A DNA stretch of 64,000 nucleotides from IMG/VR virus record IMGVR_UViG_3300035162_000505. One strand, given 5' to 3'. Positions 9,555 through 20,154 of the stretch are shown here, one piece after another. Source of the stretch: an uncultured virus (IMG/VR IMGVR_UViG_3300035162_000505). Taxonomy: Duplodnaviria > Heunggongvirae > Uroviricota > Caudoviricetes. Position 1 is the first letter of the stretch, and the number at the start of each line of letters is the position of its first letter. The position numbers and the translations under genes were made by a program. The notes beneath the pieces were generated by a model, which was not told the DNA's origin, searched no databases, and worked only from the letters and a program-made list of their open reading frames with translations.

Positions 9555-11168
9555 TTATACCGATAGGCCAGCGACTTCTTCAAAGTCAACGCCAGATCTT
9601 ACAGCTACAAAGTTAAGAGTTATGTAGTTGATAGAACGTGATGGTTTGATGAAGATGTTTGCAATGAACTCGTTTCTATCTATAACGGCAGTAGTGTTGT
9701 TTGTCTCATCGCATACAACCCTAAAGTCGGTGATACCACGTCTACCTTTGATTTCTCTCAGGAATGGTTCTACGATGTTAACAAATTCCGCTCTAGTAAA
9801 CTCATCGTTAAGTTCAAACAATGTGTTTCTTGCCGCATTTGCGATTGCTCTTTCAACAACATTAAACAACCTACGAACATTAATACGATCAAATGCTGAT
9901 GGTCTGTTCATGTGTGTTTTGTCACCATATAGTAAGATACCTTGTCCCGGTAAATTAGCAATGGGGTTTACCCCTGCTTTATACAGTGTGTCTCTTTGAG
10001 CCTTGGTGGGAGTATAGGCCAAGCTTGTTACGCCTAAGTACTGGCCTCTACGTGAACCCGCTGGTGAGAACCATGGTGCGGAGTTTGCGTCCGAAGCCGC
10101 CATAATACCCGCTGTTTGTCCAGCGGCTGGCACGTTGATGTACTTATCGTTAAACTTATCATACATCTTTAACCAGTTATTGTCAACAAATAAGTAATCA
10201 CTATAAGTGTAACCACCAGTATCTGTTACTGTGTCAACTTCTGGATTAGCGTTACCTACTACTGATGCAGAGGCTGGTGAAGTTACTACAACAGCATCTT
10301 TACGTGTAGTACCCGCTGTTGTTACAAGATCGTTCACTACTGTGACTTGATCACTAGAAGACGCCATGCCCGGAGCGATTAAGAAGTCAAGTTGAATAGT
10401 ATCTTTATCTTCAAAACTATTAAACCCTCTTAGATAATCGTCTGTGCCAGCGGCTGATCCGTCAACACCACCAAGTAAAGATTTTGATCCTGTGCTATCT
10501 ACGTGTGTAGTAGCATAAATGTATTCTGATTGTCTGTTAATAACGTTCTTCATATAGTTAGAAGTACCGTCTGTGTTAGTAGCAGAACTAGAGTTTGATA
10601 CGAATGGGTATCTTTCTAGAACAGTTCCAGCCGTTCCTGTGATAACACCATCTTCATCAAGAACAAGAACGTGACGTTCATTTCCTGATGGGGTTGCATC
10701 GAACTGCGCTTTATAAGAGGCACTCCATGTTGCCCAATTTGTTGCGTCTGACCACACCACTTGGAGTGAACTACCTAGAGCACCAGCATACTTTCCGTAG
10801 AAAGTTGATTTGCCAGCTAGAGTAGTTGATACGTCAAAAGCCGCTTGATTTTTAATTTGTTCTGCCGCACCCGCTGAGTCAGCCGCATTTAATGCGGTTG
10901 TATCTGCGACACGAACTGTTTGAAGACTATTTGAGAATTTTAAAAATCCCCCCGCCGTATGAAAATCTACGGTATGTGCGTCATCAGGAGCACCGAATTT
11001 AGAGGCAAGACTTGCTTCGTTGTCTATTAATACTGCCTCTTCGATTGGCCCCCAACGAAATTTCCCTGCAAATGCGCCTGTGGTAGTTTGAACATTAGGC
11101 ACACCGCCTGTGAGATCAACTTCCTTAACGACAATCGCTGGGGATTCTGATGGGCTAAATATTGCCAT
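9555..11168 (-). CDS. gp18: Tail sheath protein (compact, 537 aa)
   Basis: SPAIVVKEVDLT, FRWGP, PWFSPAG, SAFDRINVRRLF, IKPSRSINYITLNF. Confidence 0.97.
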   Translation of the reverse strand: MAIFSPSESPAIVVKEVDLTGGVPNVQTTTGAFAGKFRWGPIEEAVLIDNEASLASKFGAPDDAHTVDFHTAGGFLKFSNSLQTVRVADTTALNAADSAGAAEQIKNQAAFDVSTTLAGKSTFYGKYAGALGSSLQVVWSDATNWATWSASYKAQFDATPSGNERHVLVLDEDGVITGTAGTVLERYPFVSNSSSATNTDGTSNYMKNVINRQSEYIYATTHVDSTGSKSLLGGVDGSAAGTDDYLRGFNSFEDKDTIQLDFLIAPGMASSSDQVTVVNDLVTTAGTTRKDAVVVTSPASASVVGNANPEVDTVTDTGGYTYSDYLFVDNNWLKMYDKFNDKYINVPAAGQTAGIMAASDANSAPWFSPAGSRRGQYLGVTSLAYTPTKAQRDTLYKAGVNPIANLPGQGILLYGDKTHMNRPSAFDRINVRRLFNVVERAIANAARNTLFELNDEFTRAEFVNIVEPFLREIKGRRGITDFRVVCDETNNTTAVIDRNEFIANIFIKPSRSINYITLNFVAVRSGVDFEEVAGLSV

Positions 11169-11237
11169 AACTGTTTCCTTCTTTTTCCAGTAATCGAATT
11201 ATATGTGTTTCATAATACGGTTATTTTCAATCACTTG

Positions 11238-11245
11238 TATTTATA
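11238..11245 (-). promoter_or_regulatory. T4 late promoter for g18-g19
   Basis: TATAAATA about 70 nt upstream of g18. Confidence 0.8.
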
Positions 11246-11250
11246 ACAAA

Positions 11251-12882
11251 TCAAAAGTCGAAGGTTGGTGTCCAATTTCGCTCAACTGTCCATCCCTTTA
11301 ATTGATCTCCTTCAAGAACTGCTTCGTCATCTTCTTTTTCAGGATCACCAGCACCATTTATAAATCCAAATGGCACCAAGTCATTTTCTATTTCTTTCAT
11401 ACGTTGTTCGAACATCATATCTTTTAAGTTCACGTCTGTTAGTTCTTCAAAGTTATTACCGACAGCAAAGAACCCAAATAGAACAAGGTTCATTATTAGA
11501 TCATCGTGGTTGCCTTCTGACGCTTCATAGGAAACACCTTTGGCTACGAATGTAGACATTTCTGATATAGTCTGTGGATCTAGTATATTAAGTTTACGAT
11601 TTTCTATGATATCTTTTATAGCCGCACACCCAATACGCTTAACCTTCTTATTCATTTCAACACCAATGCGGTCAGCCTTTACCACAGATTCCATGTGAAG
11701 GTTCTCATATTCTAAGTCTTGATATAACCCATTAGTTACTAGTGTGCCTTGATCGTTTGATTCAATAATAACATATGCTTCGTTATATAAAGTTGCATAC
11801 TTATATATAATGTTAGGGTAGAGAATAGGAGAGATAGTATTACAGCGATAAACAGCAACCTGTTTAAAAGGTCTTTGGCTAATGTCGATCAAATTAAATG
11901 TAGAATAATCCTGTCCTCTACCCTTCGCAACATCAACACACATAACATAATTAGCCTTTGGTTTTGGTGTTTCGTATATAAGAAGATCTCCACCCTCTAA
12001 AACTTCTATATGACTTTGGGCTACTTGCTCTAAAAGAATATGTGGTGCTATAAGAGTATCGCCTGTTCCAAAGAATGTATTACCAAACTCCTGATCAAAC
12101 TGTAGTTGAGATGTGTTTGATATGGTCTTAAGTTTCCAATCGGCATCTCTCCCCGGTACGTCCCACCAATCAACCCTGAACGGAATAAACTCGTTCACTT
12201 TTTGCATTGCGCCTTCCCACAGTTTATGATACATATTACCTATACCATTTGCTGTAGAAGTGATTATGATCTGTGTGTCTTTACCAGATGACACAACAGG
12301 ATATGTTGAGGTGTAGAAGTCAGCCGCTCTCTCAACAAACGCAAACTCATCCAAGTATAGAAGGTTGACAGACATACCACGAATAGAAGATCCAGAAGTA
12401 GCGGCTGATACTATGCGACTATTGTTACTGAACTCAATACTTCTTTTATTAAGAGCCTTACACCCCGGCTGTAAGAAGAAAGGCAAGTTCTCTAGCATAA
12501 GATGAATACGTCCTAGCATCTCTTGTGCAGTCGCACCTTTGTTGGCTAGGATAGCAATAGTCTTCTCTGGATTAAAACAAGCATACCAAAGAAGATAGGC
12601 AACAGAACTAATGGACTTACCTGATTGCCGACAAGCCAACACAATGCTAAACCTATTTTCTTTGAAATGGCTAAACATCTTCTCTTGATATGGGTAAAGT
12701 TCGAAGTTGACAAGACCTCTATCTAGGTGTATGATCTTACAATAGGTCTTAGCAAAATAGCTAGGATCTGACATACACCTTGAGTATTCTTGTAATTCTT
12801 TTTTACTGTAATTATGGTTGATCCCGTCACGTTTAACGTTGGGATTACCCATGTAGGTATCATTTATCTGATGTGTATTCAC
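11251..12882 (-). CDS. gp17: Terminase large subunit
   Basis: YMGNPNVK, RQSGKS Walker A, LYLDEFAF, STANG, nuclease DVAKGRGQDYS, HDDLIM. Confidence 0.97.
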   Translation of the reverse strand: MNTHQINDTYMGNPNVKRDGINHNYSKKELQEYSRCMSDPSYFAKTYCKIIHLDRGLVNFELYPYQEKMFSHFKENRFSIVLACRQSGKSISSVAYLLWYACFNPEKTIAILANKGATAQEMLGRIHLMLENLPFFLQPGCKALNKRSIEFSNNSRIVSAATSGSSIRGMSVNLLYLDEFAFVERAADFYTSTYPVVSSGKDTQIIITSTANGIGNMYHKLWEGAMQKVNEFIPFRVDWWDVPGRDADWKLKTISNTSQLQFDQEFGNTFFGTGDTLIAPHILLEQVAQSHIEVLEGGDLLIYETPKPKANYVMCVDVAKGRGQDYSTFNLIDISQRPFKQVAVYRCNTISPILYPNIIYKYATLYNEAYVIIESNDQGTLVTNGLYQDLEYENLHMESVVKADRIGVEMNKKVKRIGCAAIKDIIENRKLNILDPQTISEMSTFVAKGVSYEASEGNHDDLIMNLVLFGFFAVGNNFEELTDVNLKDMMFEQRMKEIENDLVPFGFINGAGDPEKEDDEAVLEGDQLKGWTVERNWTPTFDF

Positions 12883-13246
12883 TTATATCTACCACGTTAT
12901 CTTGTTCATCATCACTGTCTTTCGACAAAAGCATTCTTTGTAAGTCGCTTGTAGATCCTACAAATAGATTGTTATTTGTTGTGCCTTGAGGAAGTTCTTT
13001 TAAAGCATCTTCTTTGTTATATTCTTTTTTCTTTTTGTGTAGATCAAGAAGGTTACCATTAACATCAGCAACGTTCTTCATCATGCCAGACAAGACTTCA
13101 AACGCACGAGGATGCTCAGTGGCACGTGCAACTTCCATCATCTCTTCAAGTGCTTCAGACCCCTTCATTAACAAATCGTAATAGGTCTTTCTAGCAAACT
13201 CAAAATCATCATCAACATGATCTACTGGTTCATTATTATCAGTCAT
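12860..13246 (-). CDS. gp16: Terminase small subunit
   Basis: DFEFAR, EHPRAFEV, NNLFVGSTSDLQ; immediately upstream of g17. Confidence 0.9.
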   Translation of the reverse strand: MTDNNEPVDHVDDDFEFARKTYYDLLMKGSEALEEMMEVARATEHPRAFEVLSGMMKNVADVNGNLLDLHKKKKEYNKEDALKELPQGTTNNNLFVGSTSDLQRMLLSKDSDDEQDNVVDISEYTSDK

Positions 13247-14025
13247 TAAAAAGGTGCCTGAAAATCAAAAGTTTCGGTAAAGCCAAAGTCGCTATCGGCA
13301 GAGGCCAGTGCTGGATTTGTTGTTACAGATATCTTACCCATTTGAATGTCTGAGTCGGCTAGTCCATTTCCTATCTGACTAATGTTATTTATAGAGGTTC
13401 TGATGACACCAGATTCTTTGATAGCACCATAAAAGTTTACTCTCATTTCAAATGTTAATGTGTATATAATAGTTCTACGTGATTCTAAAGTTCCTTCAAA
13501 GTCATCATTAAAATCCACACTTTGTAGAGTTATAGGTGTATCTTCAGTTATAGATGGAAACTCAGCAAATGGTTTTATTGTAAGACTATACTGTGGGGTA
13601 AACGTAGGAAGTATTTGTTCTACCATCTGTAGAGCATCATCCTGTGTCTTGGCGTATATACTAAGTTGAAACCCAATGTTGTAAGGAACAAAACTATAGA
13701 ACTTATTTCTAAGGTTACTAGTCGTTCCAGCCTGTGTAAAGTTGTTCATCTTCTGTAGTTGTCTTTGAGCATCATACGTAACGTTTGTAATCTCAAAAGA
13801 CATTCTGGGAAGCTTGATAGCAACCTTAGTGTTCGTATCTAGGTCAGGGTTCTCTCTTATTCTCTCAAGAAACTTTCTTTGAGGACCATAGGCTAGTGGA
13901 ACTTTTACTTGACTTATAACTTTATTTGAACTATCTTTGCGTAGAACATACAGATTATTGAATAGCGTACCAAATACTGCTACACTCTTCCGTATTCTTT
14001 CATGATAGAAATGGGTTCCGAACAT
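13246..14025 (-). CDS. gp15: Tail sheath terminator / completion protein
   Basis: FYHERIRK...FGTLFN, VPLAYGP, LPRMSFE, EQILPTFTP. Confidence 0.95.
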   Translation of the reverse strand: MFGTHFYHERIRKSVAVFGTLFNNLYVLRKDSSNKVISQVKVPLAYGPQRKFLERIRENPDLDTNTKVAIKLPRMSFEITNVTYDAQRQLQKMNNFTQAGTTSNLRNKFYSFVPYNIGFQLSIYAKTQDDALQMVEQILPTFTPQYSLTIKPFAEFPSITEDTPITLQSVDFNDDFEGTLESRRTIIYTLTFEMRVNFYGAIKESGVIRTSINNISQIGNGLADSDIQMGKISVTTNPALASADSDFGFTETFDFQAPF

Positions 14026-14027
14026 AA

Positions 14028-14267
14028 CTAGCCTTTATATATTTTCGTGAGGTGATCCTCAAACTGTTCAACTTTATTTAATCTATCAGGCCAAAGGATA
14101 TAATCCTTTTCGGGGTTCTTCTTCAGATTATTTAGCAGTGGTATTACTGCGTTATATAAAGCGTTTAGTTTATCATCAGATGACGATGCTTCACTCTTAA
14201 CATTCTTAACTGCGTCAAGTTCATCCTCATCAACTGCCGTAAATCCAAAATCAAATATGTCAGCCAT
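14028..14267 (-). CDS. Conserved hypothetical protein (79 aa)
   Basis: FDFGFTAVDE...NPEKDYILWPDR; coupled to the g14 stop codon. Confidence 0.75.
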   Translation of the reverse strand: MADIFDFGFTAVDEDELDAVKNVKSEASSSDDKLNALYNAVIPLLNNLKKNPEKDYILWPDRLNKVEQFEDHLTKIYKG

Positions 14268-15169
14268 TAGTTATTCTCCGGGTCACCAAAAGGATTGTTC
14301 TCAGAGAAGTCTAAGAAACTTGCGCCTATTGTACTAAAGTCAGTGTTCTGTTCGTTCTGACTAATCTGGTTGTCTTCACCTACAGCGGTGACTGTTGAAG
14401 TGGCTTTCTTACCACCAACGTTTAAGTCTGTAGTTCCCACTATAAACCTATTAGCAACAAACTCGTGATACTTACCATCGTCTGCGCCGATATGGATAAG
14501 CTTAAGAACATTATCTGAGTCTGAGAAGGATGCAACTTCTCCTGACATAATTACTCCCGTAGATAGTGTCTGGTTAACAGCTTCCCCTACTGTAAAGCCT
14601 CCTCCAGCACTGTCAAGGGTCAACAGATACTCATAAGCATAAGATGTTTCTATTCCATCAATAGCGGCAACGTTTGTATCAAAATCTTCATCGTTGTATT
14701 CAAATAACTCACATCTAAGTTTGTATGTAGATAAGTTACTTAATTGATAGAATGGTTGCTCATGCTCTACTGCCATGATCTGGAACATAGAGTTTGACAT
14801 TGGGATGTATACTAGATCACCTTCTCTTGGTCTTTCACTATTGATATCATTATCAAACCTATTGATAGTTGAAGTCCATCTGCGTCTAGCAACTACGAAT
14901 GTTGCTTGGTCTCTTATCTCCACACCAAACTTGGTAAACAGATCTCCTTCTCCATCAAAGCCATCCGTATTCTCAATATACATTTCTATCTTATATGAAG
15001 AGTTAAACCTAGAAGGAACGTCATCACCAAATATTCTGTCTTCATTAACTATGTCTCTAGGCAAGTAATAAACGTCTTGCCCAAACATCTTCAAAGACTC
15101 TATGGTAATATCTTCATAGAGGTTCTGTTCAGAGCTTACTTTTTGACTGAAGTAAAGATTAGTTGCCAT
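14267..15169 (-). CDS. gp14: Neck protein gp14
   Basis: EQNLYEDITIESLKMFGQDVYYLPR, TKFGVEIRD, PREGDLVY, PFYQL, DFSENNPFG. Start set at MATNLYF. Confidence 0.95.
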   Translation of the reverse strand: MATNLYFSQKVSSEQNLYEDITIESLKMFGQDVYYLPRDIVNEDRIFGDDVPSRFNSSYKIEMYIENTDGFDGEGDLFTKFGVEIRDQATFVVARRRWTSTINRFDNDINSERPREGDLVYIPMSNSMFQIMAVEHEQPFYQLSNLSTYKLRCELFEYNDEDFDTNVAAIDGIETSYAYEYLLTLDSAGGGFTVGEAVNQTLSTGVIMSGEVASFSDSDNVLKLIHIGADDGKYHEFVANRFIVGTTDLNVGGKKATSTVTAVGEDNQISQNEQNTDFSTIGASFLDFSENNPFGDPENN

Positions 15170-15365
15170 TCGACTTCCCACCAATATAACCGCCCACGAC
15201 ACCAATAACGCCTGTGAGCGACATTTGTAGTAATCCGATTACGCTATCGTCTAACTCTCCACCATGCTCATTAGCCATCATAAATTCGTCTACGACTATC
15301 AAGCCAAGAATACTCATCAAACCAACAACCATTATCATTACTGTTATATCTTTAATGTATTTCAT
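15159..15365 (-). CDS. Small two-helix membrane protein
   Basis: 68 aa with two hydrophobic segments flanking an acidic loop; fills the g13-g14 gap. Confidence 0.7.
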   Translation of the reverse strand: MKYIKDITVMIMVVGLMSILGLIVVDEFMMANEHGGELDDSVIGLLQMSLTGVIGVVGGYIGGKSNGN

Positions 15366-15373
15366 GTGCCATA

Positions 15374-16123
15374 TTATCCTACAAAGAAATCCGCTGGAAG
15401 TTCGTGCTCAAGACGTATGACCTCTTTTAATCTTGCTATGTCTTGTATAGCATCTTCATATATCTGTCTACCATTTAGTGTTACTCCACCGGGCATTACC
15501 ATACCTTCAAACTTGATAAGGTTTGATCCCCACTGATGTTTAATTAGGGCTGTAGTATATTCTTTCAACCATAAGTCATTCCAAACAGCGGTATGAGAGT
15601 TTCCATCTATAATGCTATAAACTTCTGCTACGATATATTCACCCTCTTTTATATCTTCTCCAAACTCACCATGAACATAAAGACGATTTTGCTTTCTGAC
15701 ATAATCTACTTGAGGAGTTCCGTTTAATCTCATGTCAAGTAAAGACAGATACTGTTGAACTTGTTCATAGTAAGCAAGGTCTCCAACATAAGAATGCATA
15801 TTGGCAATGTCATTCATATGCATTTGATACTTGACACTAAACATATTACGTGAGAACATACCACCTTGTAACTTGAATAGTTTCGTAACCTGTTGTACGT
15901 TAGAAGATATTGTCACATACTTATTTGTTACATCATCCGCTGTCACTAGGTGTTGAATATATCCTCTATAGGTTGCTTCCGAATGAAACTCTCTAAAATA
16001 TTGTAGTGCTTCATCTACACGATCACCTATTTGATCTTCGTCCACGTTGATTTCGATGACAGGATCACCTAGTCTGCGTAAGCAGTAGTCTATTAAACCT
16101 TGTCTTGTACTAGGGTTAGCCAT
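15374..16123 (-). CDS. gp13: Neck protein gp13
   Basis: LIDYCLRRLGDPVIEINV, WLKEYTTALIKHQWGSNLIKF, PGGVTLNG. Confidence 0.95.
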   Translation of the reverse strand: MANPSTRQGLIDYCLRRLGDPVIEINVDEDQIGDRVDEALQYFREFHSEATYRGYIQHLVTADDVTNKYVTISSNVQQVTKLFKLQGGMFSRNMFSVKYQMHMNDIANMHSYVGDLAYYEQVQQYLSLLDMRLNGTPQVDYVRKQNRLYVHGEFGEDIKEGEYIVAEVYSIIDGNSHTAVWNDLWLKEYTTALIKHQWGSNLIKFEGMVMPGGVTLNGRQIYEDAIQDIARLKEVIRLEHELPADFFVG

Positions 16124-16144
16124 GTGTCGTTCCTATTTTACTAG

Positions 16145-16152
16145 TATTTATA
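16145..16152 (-). promoter_or_regulatory. T4 late promoter for g13
   Basis: TATAAATA upstream of g13. Confidence 0.8.
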
Positions 16153-17193
16153 TCAGTTTAAAAGAGATCCTGAGGCATTGTACACATCGATACGATAGTG
16201 AGAACCATGCTGTCCATCAAGTTTGTCTGCATCTAAGTTATTACCAGCACCATCTCTTGCAAGCATTTCAGTGTATATTGCGGCACCATATTCAGATCTT
16301 AGTTTTGTGGCTGTAAGTAGAGTAGTTACATTAAACGCCGCACCATCAGCCGTACCGACTGTTAGTATACCATCTGCCGAATCAAATGTTGTGCTTGCTA
16401 CTCCAGCAACTGCTACTGTTCCAGCACTATCAACAAATCCTTGAGCGTCAATAGTTAGAACAGGGACCAGAGAACCAGATCCATACACACCCGCCGTAAT
16501 TGTAGACGCCGAAGACTTAGATACAAGTGTTCCTGATGTTGGTAAAGTGACACCAGTGTTTCCAGTAGTTGTTAGAGTGGTTGTATGTGCGCCACTTGTT
16601 ATGAAACTACCCGCAAGAGTTAAGTCTCCTGTGAGGCTAATACCTCTATCAGCATTGTTAACATCAAGTGTAACAGTTCTATCTGCCGATAATACTGGAT
16701 TTGCATTGTTAGAAAGTATAAAAGTTTCGAAGTCTGTTGTAGTAACATCTCTAAGACCAAAAGTAGTAACGTCATTCATAGAAAGTGGACCATTAATATC
16801 CGCACCATTTATGATAGGACTAGTCAGAGTTTTGTTAGCAATGGTTTGTGTCGCTTGAGTACCAACAACATTATCACCACTAACACCAGAACTAAGTTGA
16901 CTAAGTGTTGTAGTAAGAGTGTTGTTACTTAAGTTTAGAGTTTTTCCAGTAAGTGTCTGTGTTCCAGTTCTTGTGGCAATAATGTCGCTATCTATTTGGA
17001 TAACTCCATCCAAAGAATGTGCCGCCGCTGTTACAGTTAATCCAGCCGAACCTGTTAGAGTTCTGATATAGTTACCACTAGTACCAGAATCTAACTTTAT
17101 TGTTGTTGTTCCGATAATAGACACAATTCCAGAGGAGTCAACTGGAGCCTCACTAAATGAGGTGCCTAAAAAGTTACTTAGTTTTTGTACCAT
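16153..17193 (-). CDS. Fibre-like virion protein
   Basis: T/S/G-rich; TQTLTGKTL and QTIANKTLTSP repeats; C-terminal LDADKLDGQHGSHY fibre motif. Confidence 0.75.
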   Translation of the reverse strand: MVQKLSNFLGTSFSEAPVDSSGIVSIIGTTTIKLDSGTSGNYIRTLTGSAGLTVTAAAHSLDGVIQIDSDIIATRTGTQTLTGKTLNLSNNTLTTTLSQLSSGVSGDNVVGTQATQTIANKTLTSPIINGADINGPLSMNDVTTFGLRDVTTTDFETFILSNNANPVLSADRTVTLDVNNADRGISLTGDLTLAGSFITSGAHTTTLTTTGNTGVTLPTSGTLVSKSSASTITAGVYGSGSLVPVLTIDAQGFVDSAGTVAVAGVASTTFDSADGILTVGTADGAAFNVTTLLTATKLRSEYGAAIYTEMLARDGAGNNLDADKLDGQHGSHYRIDVYNASGSLLN

Positions 17194-17211
17194 TTCTATA
17201 CCTTCTTATGG

Positions 17212-20145
17212 TTATGCTTGGGCTTCGCCCCATCTTAACTGAATAGTTCCTTTCACGTCACCTGATTTGGTGAAAGCATTAATAGCAAGAACGTCTGGAC
17301 CATCTGGATATTTAAAGTCTCCACCTAAAGGAGCACCTGATAATTCTTTTAGATCCATAAGGTTCAAATCAGTTACTAAGGCATCCGCTCTAGATGCATT
17401 AACAACGAAAGCGAAGATACGCTCTCCCGGAAGTGCATAAGATCCACTGCTCCACGTAATATCATCTTTCTCTGCTACTTGAGCAAATGATGGCTGTCCA
17501 CCCTCATTCACAGCATTCAAAGATTTCCATGTTGCATCTTGGAAGTTTCTAGGATTAATAATACCCTGAACAACCACCTCACCAGAAGTTGACGATCCAC
17601 GAGACATTCCAACTGCACATTGCTGTAGTAGGAGTTGAGACCTGTTTAGTAGTTCTTTGGCACCCAATCTTCCGACTGAAGAGTTTGATACTGAAGGAGC
17701 CAATCTAATCATGAATGACGTGATGGGTGTTGAACCAATCTTGTCACCTGATGTGTTGTGAGAGTTTGCGTAGTTAAAGATGTAACCTCTATCTGTATCA
17801 AAGCCGCCATCCATCACTAGGGCAGAACCCCAATGAGAAAGAGTTGGTGAACAAGTGTTAGAGATTTCAATAATACCAGTGTTACTACTGTGACCTATCG
17901 CACCACCCGCTGTAAGGTTATTTGTTGTACCTTGTAAGTATTGAGATAGTGTTGCCGCACGAGTACAGCCTGTGAAGTTTCCAGCACCGTCTGTCACACT
18001 ACGACCTGTGTATGAAATGATTTCGTTATCAATCATTAATGTACCAGTGTCATCAAACTCTTGTAAGTTAGCCCCCGGAAGTGTTGTAGCATTACTATCT
18101 ACAGTATTTGTTAGGTGCGTAATAGGTGAGTCATTCTCAATAGAATATCTAACAGGAAGGTTACCTGATCTCATGTAGGCTTCATCATTGACGTTGTTAT
18201 TCTTCATTCTGTGAATGTATAGCCACCTACCATCGTCACCTCTAACCATAAAGTGAATGAAACCAGCACCATACCAAGAGTATTCAATGCCAATCATTTG
18301 CATCTTGTTAAAGTCCCAATGATATCCAGAACTACCTTGACCATTAGCTTTATCCATGTTCCACTTAGATTGTGGCACTCTAACCTCAGTTACTTTTTGT
18401 GCTCTTACACCAGCTTGAGTAATACCTCTATAGTCTGGTGTAATAAACGCTGAAGTGTTACTAACAACTTGAGTTATAAAGTGTGTCATACCCCTAATAG
18501 CTATTTTAGAACCAGCCCGAAGTTGTTCACTTAATCTAGTGTTAAGTCCAGTAATAGCACTACTATTTTGAGTTACTGATATAGTTCCTGTTACGTTTTC
18601 TGTACAAGATCTTCTACAACAGAACATTTGATTACCATCGAATTCTAAGTAGATACCATTCTGATCATCAAACATACCCGCCCGAACAGCGGAACCAACC
18701 CATCCTGTCACATTTACTTTACAAACTTCGTCCAATACGGCAGTAGTATCACCTAGAACAGATTTAGCGGCAACTCTAAATGTATAGTCATCCACAATAG
18801 ATGATACAACGTAGGTGTCAGCATATCCAGAAGTTAGCACTCCACTAATTTTAACATCTGCCCCCGCTTGAAGACCGTGATCTATATCGTCTGTTCTAAC
18901 AGTAATAGCAGAACCCACTGATGTTCCAGCGGCTGTTATACCTTGAATATCATAGTTAGGAGCAAATAGTGTTCCTGATGACCATAAGAATCCTTTACCT
19001 GACTGATACCTGAAGAATCTCTTAGACTGTCTTACAACAGCCGCCGCATAAGTAGGTGTTTTTGTAGCAAGAATAACACCACCATCCGAAGGTCTGTGTA
19101 GAATAGTTGCGTTAGAAACAGCAAACAACGTAACGCCAGATGGACTTCCAACCGCCGCACCAGATCTTGCAGTGTAAGTAAAAGTTCTCAAAGTTGGTGT
19201 TGACTTAATAACAAATGGACCCGTAGCATTAGCGGCATTAGTTCCACTAGCCACAGTCGTGTGTATAGGACACCCCGGAATTAATCCATGAGGATTAGTA
19301 AACGTGAGGGTTATTACGCTTGGATCTGCACCATTCGATGCGGCTGATGCCACTGGAATAGAAGCGTTAGCATAAACGCCACCTTTTCTACCAATAGTTT
19401 CTTCTGTTTTCAAAGACTGTCCACCAGTAGTTCCAACTGTACCACGAGCAAAATATGTGACAGTAGTAGTATTTGGGACAGTATGTAATATGAAGCTTCC
19501 GTCAGCACGAGAGAACCCTGCTATACCAGCACTCAATCCCGAAACGTTTACAACGTCACCAACCACTAAGTTGTGAGCCGCTGAGAATACTATTGTGATA
19601 AGACTATTAGATGGACTAGACGTTTGATAATCTGTTACGATAGTATTGACTGTAACATCAATCCCCGGCTCATCATACGTAGATGGATATCCTTTAATGG
19701 TTCCGTAGCCAGCCCATTTAGTAGGCTGTAGACCATATTCAAAGTCAGCGTCAATCAATGACTCAGGATTTGATACACGCATTCTTTCGATAGCGTCTGT
19801 TCCAAACTGCCAAGGTCTAATAGTTTGTCCATACTCAACTTGAGGTTCAGCAAAGATTTGTAAACCGTCTGAGGCTGACATACCTGATGTAGTTTTACCA
19901 AGAGTAATAGTGGTAAACCCACTGGTGAGAGTGTCCACTGTAGGAAAATCTGTGTTAGTTCCTTTTGTAAATATTGCCGTGGTTCCAGCAAAGGATGCGT
20001 CACCAAAGTTGTATATAATAACATTGTCAGTTACGTTTGTTATTAGAAGGAGAGTGTCAAGAGTATGTCTCCCCGGAACAACAATAGTGCCAGCACCCGC
20101 ATTCCCCGGTGTAAAAACGTAATCTCTTAGTAGTATTTTCGCCAT
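17212..20145 (-). CDS. Large beta-rich virion structural protein (977 aa)
   Basis: LLLITNVTDNVIIYNF, DADFEYGLQPTKW, FRYQSGKG and YSWYGAG motifs seen in structural proteins of marine T4-like phages. Confidence 0.75.
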   Translation of the reverse strand: MAKILLRDYVFTPGNAGAGTIVVPGRHTLDTLLLITNVTDNVIIYNFGDASFAGTTAIFTKGTNTDFPTVDTLTSGFTTITLGKTTSGMSASDGLQIFAEPQVEYGQTIRPWQFGTDAIERMRVSNPESLIDADFEYGLQPTKWAGYGTIKGYPSTYDEPGIDVTVNTIVTDYQTSSPSNSLITIVFSAAHNLVVGDVVNVSGLSAGIAGFSRADGSFILHTVPNTTTVTYFARGTVGTTGGQSLKTEETIGRKGGVYANASIPVASAASNGADPSVITLTFTNPHGLIPGCPIHTTVASGTNAANATGPFVIKSTPTLRTFTYTARSGAAVGSPSGVTLFAVSNATILHRPSDGGVILATKTPTYAAAVVRQSKRFFRYQSGKGFLWSSGTLFAPNYDIQGITAAGTSVGSAITVRTDDIDHGLQAGADVKISGVLTSGYADTYVVSSIVDDYTFRVAAKSVLGDTTAVLDEVCKVNVTGWVGSAVRAGMFDDQNGIYLEFDGNQMFCCRRSCTENVTGTISVTQNSSAITGLNTRLSEQLRAGSKIAIRGMTHFITQVVSNTSAFITPDYRGITQAGVRAQKVTEVRVPQSKWNMDKANGQGSSGYHWDFNKMQMIGIEYSWYGAGFIHFMVRGDDGRWLYIHRMKNNNVNDEAYMRSGNLPVRYSIENDSPITHLTNTVDSNATTLPGANLQEFDDTGTLMIDNEIISYTGRSVTDGAGNFTGCTRAATLSQYLQGTTNNLTAGGAIGHSSNTGIIEISNTCSPTLSHWGSALVMDGGFDTDRGYIFNYANSHNTSGDKIGSTPITSFMIRLAPSVSNSSVGRLGAKELLNRSQLLLQQCAVGMSRGSSTSGEVVVQGIINPRNFQDATWKSLNAVNEGGQPSFAQVAEKDDITWSSGSYALPGERIFAFVVNASRADALVTDLNLMDLKELSGAPLGGDFKYPDGPDVLAINAFTKSGDVKGTIQLRWGEAQA

Positions 20146-20154
20146 TTTATTTTC

